DNA from: Candidatus Nomurabacteria bacterium
GTDB lineage: Bacteria > Patescibacteriota > Minisyncoccia > Phycocordibacterales > UBA5272
Reading direction: 5' to 3'
Length of the DNA stretch: 60,505 nucleotides
NCBI GenBank assembly: GCA_037134695.1
Contig: JBAXLU010000002.1
Coordinates: forward strand, 1-60,505
Position 1 is the first letter of the stretch. Every line of letters begins with the position of its first letter. Positions 1 through 7,639 of this stretch are shown piece after piece. The notes beneath the pieces were generated by a model. That model did not search any database and was not told the DNA's origin. It saw nothing but the letters and a program-made list of their open reading frames with translations. Both the position numbers and the translations under genes were made by a program.

Positions 1-58
1 GGTTATTCGACATAGTTTCAAAAAGTTCAAGCGTAGAACGATACCCTGCACAAAATTC

Positions 59-88
59 AAAAAGCAGAATCATATGATTCTGCTTTTT
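59..88. terminator. A-run/palindrome/T-run stem-loop, bidirectional-terminator-like
   Basis: AAAAAGCAGAATCA / TGATTCTGCTTTTT perfect palindrome read directly. The gene it serves lies off the window edge. Confidence 0.45.
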
Positions 89-107
89 GAATTTAAAATA
101 TATGAAT

Positions 108-138
108 AAAAAAACCCGCGGCAGTAAACTGCCGCGGT
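108..138 (-). terminator. Intrinsic terminator of the minus-strand gene 156..569
   Basis: 9-bp GC stem CCGCGGCAG-taaa-CTGCCGCGG. On the minus strand it is followed by a T7 run (plus-strand A7 at 108-114). Confidence 0.65.
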
Positions 139-155
139 TTCCTAAAGTTGTGCAT

Positions 156-569
156 TCACTCAAAGAGCGAATGAACAGAATAGAAATTGTAACGGAAAAG
201 AACCTCCGTTTTACCCCAAGTTGTAAATCCAAGGAACTGAGTCCTTTTATCTTTAGATTGATAGCATCCACCTGGAACAGGATACACACCAAAATGAAAT
301 TTGCCTGAGCATTTTGATGCTTCATTCTCAAAGAATTTATTGATTTGATATTCAGTTTCAACACTGGTCATTGTAACTATTTTCATAGGTACAGCAGTAT
401 CGTTGTCTCTGTAAATCAAAGGGTTGAAATCTTCAGGACTGGGCTTGTTCATAATCAAAAGATATCGTGTATCTCTTTCTATTGAAAGCTTCAGTGGAAC
501 GGGAACCTGTGCTTGTGCATTTGATTGCAATAAAAACAGGACGATTAAAGTTATAAATATTCTTGCCAT
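156..569 (-). CDS. Secreted hypothetical protein (137 aa)
   Basis: ORF with GGAGG 4 nt upstream of the ATG, an N-terminal signal-peptide-like MARIFITLIVLFLLQSNAQA, and its own terminator. Confidence 0.7.
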   Translation of the reverse strand: MARIFITLIVLFLLQSNAQAQVPVPLKLSIERDTRYLLIMNKPSPEDFNPLIYRDNDTAVPMKIVTMTSVETEYQINKFFENEASKCSGKFHFGVYPVPGGCYQSKDKRTQFLGFTTWGKTEVLFRYNFYSVHSLFE

Positions 570-700
570 AATGCCTCCTTTTGTTATTTATGAGCGAGAT
601 TCTACATAACTCTATCATAATTAAAATAAAGTGGTACTCTTCTAAAAAATCAGAAAATGTGTTAGAGTAAAACCCTAATTCGGAAACGAATTGTGTATAT

Positions 701-773
701 GGTGCCTATAGTGTAATGGTTAGCACGCGGGCTTGTGGAGCCCTCAGTTCCGGTTCAAATCCGGATAGGCACA
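701..773 (+). tRNA. tRNA-His (anticodon GTG)
   Basis: Cloverleaf read by eye. Encoded G-1 plus acceptor GTGCCTA/TAGGCAC, D-arm GTGT..GCAC, anticodon loop TTGTGGA (GTG at 735-737), T-arm TCCGG-TTCAAAT-CCGGA, discriminator A, no encoded CCA. Confidence 0.85.
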
Positions 774-782
774 CTTGTAATA

Positions 783-811
783 GTAAAAGACGGCTTCATG
801 CCGTCTTTTAC
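783..811 (+). terminator. Intrinsic terminator after tRNA-His
   Basis: AAAAGACGGC-ttcat-GCCGTCTTTT stem-loop. Confidence 0.7.
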
Positions 812-815
812 TTTA

Positions 816-916
816 CACCATGTGTCTAGTCCGGATTTGAACCGCGGGCCGCAGCGAGCGAAGAGCGAGTGAAGGTTTCGAGCGTAGCAACGCGAGAGGC
901 AAATCCGAATAGGTGT
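816..916. repeat. tRNA-His-derived fragments forming a ~100-nt imperfect hairpin
   Basis: Inverted copy of the tRNA-His T-arm (CGGTTCAAATCCGGA, 15/15, plus coordinates 830-844) plus a degenerate direct copy of its 3' end (CAAATCCGAATAGGTGT, 900-916). The two flank a GC-rich core. Confidence 0.6.
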
Positions 917-1086
917 ATTTGGTTCTTAAAACTGTAGTGAGTGACAGCGAACGAAAGTTGGATAAGACACACCAACAAATAAAAACTAAAAATCTCCTTT
1001 TAAACGAGGGGATTTTTAGTTACAACATTTGGGTACCCTTTAGAGAATTACATAAGAGGTTGGAACTGGTATATAATGTATTTATT

Positions 1087-1902
1087 ATGGATTCCTTAAA
1101 AAATTTAAAACCTGAACAACAGCAACGAGATGATGCTCCTGGGAATTTCAGAGAAAAGCAGGTAGAAAAGCTTACACGTTTTCTTAGGTTAACTTTCTTA
1201 GAAATTTTTAACAATAGAAAAATTGAGGATGTTTTAAAGGATGAAGAAGCAATCAGAAAACTAGTAACAGAGATTTCAAATGAAGAGTATGTTTCAGTTC
1301 TCGGAGTAATTAATTCTGTTTTAAGAAATAAACCAAAAGAAGAGTTTGGTTTATTGGATGGTGAAGGTGTAAAGATGGGTGATATGGATATTTTTCCTAC
1401 CCAAGAAGATAAGCTGGGTTTACTTGCAAAAAGCTTAGATGGAGCAAAAGAGATGATTGTTCAAAATAGAGCAATGGAAGATGTTGCTATTCTTTTATCA
1501 AGCTTGATTACAGCAATTCATCCATTTGTAGATGGAAATGGAAGAACAGCAAAAACAATCTTAATTCTCCTTATGAAAGGTTTTAATGAGGATGTTTTAA
1601 AAACTATTTTGTCAGATAATGATAATTATTCAAATTTGGTTAACTCTGGAGAATTATCATCGATGGCTTTTGGTTTTTTAGAAGAAACTTTTGTCCCTTC
1701 TAACGAATTTGAAAGTTTTGAAACATATATGGAATCAAGAGAGTTTAAGAGGAAACAAGTAGAAATAATGATTGATATTATTGTTAATGAGAATGATTAT
1801 AAAATTGAGTCAGTAGATGGAGGGGAGATTTATACAAGATTTTCAGTACATAAGGAGGGTCTAGAGGAGTACGGCAAATTTTCAAATTTTAGAAATAGCT
1901 AG
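1087..1902 (+). CDS. Fic/DOC family protein (AMPylase-type fold)
   Basis: Fic motif HPFVDGNGRTAK at 1519-1554. The first ATG is at 1087. The 913 start in the ORF track runs through the tRNA-fragment hairpin and is probably an artefactual extension. Confidence 0.75.
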   Translation: MDSLKNLKPEQQQRDDAPGNFREKQVEKLTRFLRLTFLEIFNNRKIEDVLKDEEAIRKLVTEISNEEYVSVLGVINSVLRNKPKEEFGLLDGEGVKMGDMDIFPTQEDKLGLLAKSLDGAKEMIVQNRAMEDVAILLSSLITAIHPFVDGNGRTAKTILILLMKGFNEDVLKTILSDNDNYSNLVNSGELSSMAFGFLEETFVPSNEFESFETYMESREFKRKQVEIMIDIIVNENDYKIESVDGGEIYTRFSVHKEGLEEYGKFSNFRNS

Positions 1903-1917
1903 TTTTTTATAATCTGG

Positions 1918-1940
1918 GTTCTAATCCCGTCTACGACAGT
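1918..1940 (+). repeat. 23-nt direct repeat, copy 1 (tRNA 3'-end-like)
   Basis: GTTCTAATCCCGTCTACGACAGT, identical to 2380-2402. It resembles a T-loop/T-stem/acceptor 3' strand. Confidence 0.7.
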
Positions 1941-1966
1941 ACACCTTGATTTGGTATACTTAGATA

Positions 1967-2386
1967 ATGCTAAGTATACTTACAATTTTTCTTCTAGCTC
2001 TCACATTAAATTTCATCTGGGAGAATATTCATTCTCATCTTTATGATAATTATAAAGGGGGAAGAATTACTCAGTTTATCCTTTTCCGAGCTTCACTTTT
2101 CGACGCGGTTCTTATAACTGCAATAACCTTTCCATTTTTCTATTTTAAAAGTATTAGTCAGTATAGCTGGATGATTCTTATTATAGGATTTGTTGTTGCT
2201 GTGGTAAATGAATGGTATGGCCTAAACACGAAAAGATGGAAATATAAAACATCTATGCCTATTATACCCATACTAAATGTTGGAATAACTCCAGCCATTC
2301 AACTTGCTATTTTAGGTTGCGCCTCCTTTTATCTCTATAAAAATGTTACTAACGTGCTGACGGATTTCTTATTAATTCAGTTCTAA
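1967..2386 (+). CDS. Hypothetical polytopic membrane protein (139 aa)
   Basis: ORF with about 4 hydrophobic segments and no recognised family. The stop codon lies inside repeat copy 2. Confidence 0.55.
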   Translation: MLSILTIFLLALTLNFIWENIHSHLYDNYKGGRITQFILFRASLFDAVLITAITFPFFYFKSISQYSWMILIIGFVVAVVNEWYGLNTKRWKYKTSMPIIPILNVGITPAIQLAILGCASFYLYKNVTNVLTDFLLIQF

Positions 2387-2402
2387 TCCCGTCTACGACA
2401 GT
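2380..2402 (+). repeat. 23-nt direct repeat, copy 2
   Basis: GTTCTAATCCCGTCTACGACAGT, a perfect match to 1918-1940. Confidence 0.7.
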
Positions 2403-2434
2403 GCAACACAATGTAACTGCTATACTTTTCATAT

Positions 2435-2817
2435 ATGATTTCAAAACTTGAAGCTCTACAATTAATAAGAGAATTTCTTGAAAGTGATTTAAAACAAGAA
2501 GAATGGTTTTGTAATATACAAGAATATATTAAGGCAATAGTTTTATACGGTTCAGTCGCAAAGGGTATGAATACTGATTCCTCTGATATTGATGTATTGG
2601 TCATTCTTCCTTTAGAAATAGAAGAAAAATATACACAAGGGGAGTATTTTTATAAATATAAGGACAATGAATAAATATAGTTTGTCGTTCTATTGAAAAA
2701 TTAAGAGAGCTAGCAAAATTAGAAGAAAAAGATTTATTCCAGAGGGAAGTTTTTAGAGATTCAGAAATTATCTGGAGTACGGACGACGAGATTAAAAAAC
2801 TGATAGGAGATTTATGA
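2435..2817 (+). pseudogene. Nucleotidyltransferase-domain (MNT/antitoxin-like) gene interrupted by a frameshift near 2670
   Basis: The first frame gives LYGSVAKGMNTDSSDIDVLVILP (NTase G-S...D-x-D motif) and stops at 2674. Another frame continues with INIVCRSIEKLRELAKLEEKDLFQREVFRDSEIIWSTDDEIKKLIGDL to TGA at 2815-2817. Confidence 0.55.
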
Positions 2818-2881
2818 TTTTACTTCATAAGTGATTTAGTTATTACTTTGAATGTTTGTTTTATCACGTTATACTCAAAAT

Positions 2882-3235
2882 ATGGAAATATTAACCTCCT
2901 ACGAAAAAGAACAACGTCCGTGGGGTAATTTTGAACGTTTTACTCTTAATGAAAAAACGACTGTAAAAATTATTACAGTAGAGGCCAACGAAAGCCTAAG
3001 TTTGCAAAAACATAACAATAGAAGTGAATTTTGGAAGATTCTTTCTGGTTCTGGAATCGTTACAATTGGACAAGAAAAAATAGAAGCAGGGAAAGGGGAC
3101 ACTTTTACAATATCATCTCATGTAGAACATAGAATTACAGCAAAAGAAGAAAATTTTGTTATTTTAGAAATTGCCTTTGGTAATTTTGATGAAACGGATA
3201 TTGAAAGATTAGATGACAAATATGGAAGAAGTTAG
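2882..3235 (+). CDS. Cupin-type mannose-6-phosphate isomerase (type II PMI cupin domain)
   Basis: RPWG...LSLQKHNNRSEFWKILSG...G...H pattern typical of the PMI type II cupin. Start taken at MEILTSYEKE. Confidence 0.65.
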   Translation: MEILTSYEKEQRPWGNFERFTLNEKTTVKIITVEANESLSLQKHNNRSEFWKILSGSGIVTIGQEKIEAGKGDTFTISSHVEHRITAKEENFVILEIAFGNFDETDIERLDDKYGRS

Positions 3236-3247
3236 TTTTTATAAATT

Positions 3248-4390
3248 ATGCACGAACCAATTACAAAAGCAGTCCTTACATATGAATTCATAGGAGTAAT
3301 CATTCTTGTTTTAGGAGTTGTTTTTTTAATTTTTTATAGAGAATTTAAAAAAAGAAAAGAAGAAAGTCTTCGTGTTCCTTTTAAATTAACTCGGTCACAA
3401 GAAAATCCTATTCTTAGTCCACGAGAACATTTACTTTGGGAACAAGTCGGAGTTTTTAATCCAGCAGCTCTTTTATTAAATGGCGATATTCATTTACTTT
3501 ACCGTGCTGTCGGGGGAGATGGTGTGTCTCGTATAGGTTATGCAACAAGTAAAGATGGACTTAATTTTTCTTCTGGTGATACCTATCCTATATTTTCTTT
3601 TGAAAAACCAAGACTTTTATATAGAGGTGTTCAAAAATATGATCCGGTTATGTATCCGTCAGGGGGGAGTTGTGGTGGGTGCGAAGACCCTAGACTTACT
3701 ATATTAGACGGTGTTATATACATGACATTTAATGCTTTTGATGGATGGGATTTCATTCGTATAGGACTTTCAATGATTGATGAAAAAGATTTTTTGAATA
3801 AAAGATGGTCAGCTTGGAGTAAGCCAATATTATTATCCCCACCAGGTGAGATACAGAAAAATTGGATGATATTTCCAGAAAAAATTGATGGAAAATTTGC
3901 GATACTACACTCTATTTCACCAGATATAGAAATTGAATACAGAGAGTCTCTTTCCTCTGTTGGTATTACTGAGCCATTTATTGAAAGTTCTACAGGAGCC
4001 AGATCTGGAGGACGTAAAGATGAATGGGATACACGTATTCGTAGTGCAGGTCCACCACCAGTTAAGACTGATAAAGGATGGCTTGTTCTTTATCATGCAA
4101 ATCAAGATACAGAACCACATAAATATAAATTAGGAGCTAAATTACTTGACCTTGATAATCCAAATAAAGTTATTGCACAGTCTATATTACCAATGTTAGA
4201 GCCAGATGAATGGTATGAAAATGATAGTAAGCCAGGAATTGTATACGCATGTGGAGCTATTATAAAAGAACATGATGGGGAAGAAAATCTATTTGTATAT
4301 TATGGTGGAGGTGATAAATATGTATGTGCTGCACATACACCATTAAACGATTTATTAAATTGGCTTATTAATTATGGAAAGGTAAACTAG
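3248..4390 (+). CDS. GH130-family glycoside phosphorylase (DUF377-like) with N-terminal TM anchor
   Basis: FNPA..LYRAVG...IGYATSKDG, GCEDPRLT and YYGGGD motifs. N-terminal hydrophobic helix. Confidence 0.8.
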   Translation: MHEPITKAVLTYEFIGVIILVLGVVFLIFYREFKKRKEESLRVPFKLTRSQENPILSPREHLLWEQVGVFNPAALLLNGDIHLLYRAVGGDGVSRIGYATSKDGLNFSSGDTYPIFSFEKPRLLYRGVQKYDPVMYPSGGSCGGCEDPRLTILDGVIYMTFNAFDGWDFIRIGLSMIDEKDFLNKRWSAWSKPILLSPPGEIQKNWMIFPEKIDGKFAILHSISPDIEIEYRESLSSVGITEPFIESSTGARSGGRKDEWDTRIRSAGPPPVKTDKGWLVLYHANQDTEPHKYKLGAKLLDLDNPNKVIAQSILPMLEPDEWYENDSKPGIVYACGAIIKEHDGEENLFVYYGGGDKYVCAAHTPLNDLLNWLINYGKVN

Positions 4391-4396
4391 AAATAT

Positions 4397-6334
4397 ATGT
4401 ATACTGTACACCGCTCAATTCATAATCCCATACTTCAGCCAGACGCTGAAAGGTCTTGGGAATCAGTAGCGGTGTTGAATGGTTGTCCGATACAAGGAAA
4501 AGGTGAAGAACTTACTCTTATTTATAGAGCGATTGGAAAGCCGGACTTAGTTTTTTCTCCACAAATAAATAGTTCTATTATTGCAAAAGCAACGTCAAAA
4601 GATGGTAGTCATTTTGATACAACCGCCCCTCTTGTTACAAGAGGGGAAGATTTTGATAGATATGGATGTGAGGATCCAAGGGTAACTTTTTTTGAAGGTA
4701 AATATTATATTTTTTATACAGCCCTTTCAATGATTCCATTTCAAGCAGATGGTATTAAAGTTGCATGTGCTATAAGTGATGACCTAGAAACGATTACAGA
4801 AAAACATCTTATAACTCCTTTTAATGCAAAGGCCATGACTCTTTTTCCAGAACGAGTGAATGGAAAAGTTACTGCTTTATTTACCATACATACTGACCAA
4901 CCACCAGCAAATATTGTGATTGTTCAAGCTAATGATATTTCTGATTTTTGGGATAAAGATTTTTGGGAAAATTGGTATAAGAACTATAACCAAGCAGTAA
5001 TAATTCTTGAGAGAAAAGAAAATGACCATTGTGAAGTTGGGGCTACTCCAATTAAAACAAAAGATGGATGGCTTGTAATTTATTCACATATACAAAATTA
5101 TTTTGACGAAGCTAATCGCATTTTCGGTATTGAGGCTATTTTATTAGATATAAATAATCAATTCCATATCATTGGACGAACGAAGGGTCCGATTCTTGTT
5201 CCTGAAGCCTCTTATGAAAAATATGGAATGGTAAAAAATATAACTTTTCCAAGTGGGGCAATTTTAAAAGAAAACGGTCAGCTTGATATTTATTACGGTG
5301 GGGCAGATACAGTCTGTGCTAGAGCATCTCTTTTTTATAATGATTTAGTTAAAACGATGAAGGAAAACGATGAGTCTATTGTAATTAGATCACCGAAAAA
5401 TCCAACTCTTTTACCAATAAAAGAAAACTCTTTTGAAGAAAGGGCAGTTTTTAATCCTGCGGCCATTATTTTAGAAGGAACGACTTATATTTTATATCGT
5501 GCTATGTCACTTGATAATACTTCTACTATTGGTCTTGCAATAAGCCAAGATGGAGAAATCATTACAGAAAGAATTAAAGAACCAATATATTTACCAAGAG
5601 AAGATTTTGAGAAAAAAGGTGTTATGCCGAGAGGTAATTCTGGATGTGAAGATCCCCGTATTACACAAATCGGCGATACTTTATATATGCTTTACACTGC
5701 ATATAACGCTCTTAATCCACCAGCAGTTGCTTTGACTAGTATAAAAGTATCAGATTTCTTAGCTAGGAATTTTTCTAATTGGTCAAAACCACAACTTATT
5801 TCTCCTAAGACTATTGACGATAAAGATGCCTGCATTATTTCTGAAAAATTCTCACACGGCTATCTTATTTTTCACAGAATTGGATGTCAAATTTGTGCAG
5901 ATTATTTGCCTTCTCTTGAAGGTGATCTCCAGGTGCTTAATCGTTGTATTGAAGTTCTTATGCCAAGACCAGGTATGTGGGATAGTAAAAAAGTAGGAAT
6001 AGCTGGACCACCAATAAAAATAGATGTTGGCTGGTTACTCTTTTATCACGGTGTCTCTGATGATGGAGTTTATCGAATTGGTGCAGCACTTTTTGATTTA
6101 GAAGATCCAACAATTTTATTATCAAGACTTGTTTCTCCGATTTTTGAGCCAAAGGAATCTTATGAAAAAGTGGGACAAATTAATAATGTTGTATTTCCAT
6201 GTGGAGCGACCTTACAAGGGGATACTATTTATATTTATTATGGAGGAGGAGACTCTGTGGTTGGTGTGGCAACTTGTTCATTAAATAAAATTGTTGATTT
6301 ACTTTTACCAAAAGAATTATTTAAAAAAGTTTAA
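4397..6334 (+). CDS. Tandem (double) GH130-family glycoside phosphorylase, 645 aa
   Basis: Two complete repeats of the GH130 pattern: GCEDPRVT...YYGGAD, then FNPAA..LYRAMS...GCEDPRIT...YYGGGD. Confidence 0.8.
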   Translation: MYTVHRSIHNPILQPDAERSWESVAVLNGCPIQGKGEELTLIYRAIGKPDLVFSPQINSSIIAKATSKDGSHFDTTAPLVTRGEDFDRYGCEDPRVTFFEGKYYIFYTALSMIPFQADGIKVACAISDDLETITEKHLITPFNAKAMTLFPERVNGKVTALFTIHTDQPPANIVIVQANDISDFWDKDFWENWYKNYNQAVIILERKENDHCEVGATPIKTKDGWLVIYSHIQNYFDEANRIFGIEAILLDINNQFHIIGRTKGPILVPEASYEKYGMVKNITFPSGAILKENGQLDIYYGGADTVCARASLFYNDLVKTMKENDESIVIRSPKNPTLLPIKENSFEERAVFNPAAIILEGTTYILYRAMSLDNTSTIGLAISQDGEIITERIKEPIYLPREDFEKKGVMPRGNSGCEDPRITQIGDTLYMLYTAYNALNPPAVALTSIKVSDFLARNFSNWSKPQLISPKTIDDKDACIISEKFSHGYLIFHRIGCQICADYLPSLEGDLQVLNRCIEVLMPRPGMWDSKKVGIAGPPIKIDVGWLLFYHGVSDDGVYRIGAALFDLEDPTILLSRLVSPIFEPKESYEKVGQINNVVFPCGATLQGDTIYIYYGGGDSVVGVATCSLNKIVDLLLPKELFKKV

Positions 6335-6336
6335 TT

Positions 6337-7077
6337 ATGAAACCACAAGTAATATTATTTGACCTAGATGATACTTTGACCGAAAGTAAACAAAAAGTAA
6401 GTGAGGAAATGGCACAAGTTTTTTCAAGATTACTTGAAACTAGTAAAGTCGCAATTGTTTCAGGTGCAAAATTTGAACAACAATTAAATCAGTTTATTGA
6501 GTTTCTTCCAAAAGAGTCAAATTTAAAAAATCTTTTTTCTTTTCCTCAAAACGCAGCAGAATGCAGGACTTTTGATGGTAATCTATGGGTAGAGCAGTAC
6601 TCTTTTCTTTTGTTTGATGAAGAAGTCGTCGAAATTACGGGTGCTTTAAACAAGGTTCTTGAGGAAACAAAAATACTTGAAAATGAAGTTTCTTATGGTG
6701 AGTGTATAGAAAATCGTGGAGCACAAATTACTTTTTCTGCATTAGGACAAGATGCCCCTGTTTCTGCTAAAAAAACATGGGATCCTAATCAAATAAAAAG
6801 AAAAGATATACAAAAAAGATTAATGGAAATTATTCCTCAGTATGAGATTGTAATTGGCGGTATGACATCAGTCGATATTACCAAAAAGGGAATTAATAAA
6901 ACAAATGCAGTTACATGGATTTCAGAAAAATTTTCTTTACCAGTATCTGAAATGCTTTACGTTGGAGACAGTCTTTTTCCTGGAGGAAATGATGCAATCG
7001 TTATACAAACAGGAATTCCGACTATTGAGACAAAAAATCCAGAGCAAACAATAGAAATTATAAAGTCTTTTCTTTAA
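6337..7077 (+). CDS. HAD-IIB hydrolase, phosphomannomutase-like
   Basis: N-terminal DxD nucleophile motif LFDLDDTLT, a cap of IIB size, and C-terminal GDS..GGND. Confidence 0.6.
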   Translation: MKPQVILFDLDDTLTESKQKVSEEMAQVFSRLLETSKVAIVSGAKFEQQLNQFIEFLPKESNLKNLFSFPQNAAECRTFDGNLWVEQYSFLLFDEEVVEITGALNKVLEETKILENEVSYGECIENRGAQITFSALGQDAPVSAKKTWDPNQIKRKDIQKRLMEIIPQYEIVIGGMTSVDITKKGINKTNAVTWISEKFSLPVSEMLYVGDSLFPGGNDAIVIQTGIPTIETKNPEQTIEIIKSFL

Positions 7078-7098
7078 AATTTGTTAAGATAAAAATAT

Positions 7099-7590
7099 AT
7101 GAAAACACAGATTATTTCTTTTGAAGATTTTGAGACCATTCGCCAAACCCTTGGAACAATAGTTTGTACTTCGGGTGGCTTTGACCCAGTTCACCCAGGT
7201 CATCTTTCGTGTATACAGGAGTCTAAACAATATGGTGATACGGTAGTTGTGATTGTTAACGGTGATGCTTTTCTTAGAAATAAAAAAGGTAAACCTTTTA
7301 TGGATTTAAAAACTAGAGTTGAAATAATGTCCTATGTTAATGGTGTTGATTATATAATACCTTTTGAAATTGAGGATGATCAAACAGTTATACAAGCTTT
7401 AAAGAAAATACGACCACATATTTTTACAAAAGGTGGAGATAGAATTGACGAAACTTCTATCCCAGAATGGGAAACCTGTATAGAGCATAATATTAAAGTT
7501 ATTTCTGGTGTTGGATATAGTAAGCTTTGGAGTAGTTCAGATTTTCTAAAATCTTGGGTGGAGCATAATGATCAAAACATAACAACATAA
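7099..7590 (+). CDS. Cytidylyl/adenylyltransferase-family nucleotidyltransferase (RfaE domain II-like)
   Basis: GGFDPVHPGH (HxGH nucleotidyltransferase signature), about 160 aa. Confidence 0.7.
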   Translation: MKTQIISFEDFETIRQTLGTIVCTSGGFDPVHPGHLSCIQESKQYGDTVVVIVNGDAFLRNKKGKPFMDLKTRVEIMSYVNGVDYIIPFEIEDDQTVIQALKKIRPHIFTKGGDRIDETSIPEWETCIEHNIKVISGVGYSKLWSSSDFLKSWVEHNDQNITT

Positions 7591-7639
7591 AATTATTTAT
7601 TTTAGTAAATTGTAATTTAAAGCTGGTATAATATGTATA

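Noticed and set aside
913-1086. 5' extension of the Fic ORF (track start 913)
   Set aside because: The extension runs through the tRNA-fragment hairpin, begins at a non-ATG codon, and the first ATG (1087) gives a normal-length Fic protein.
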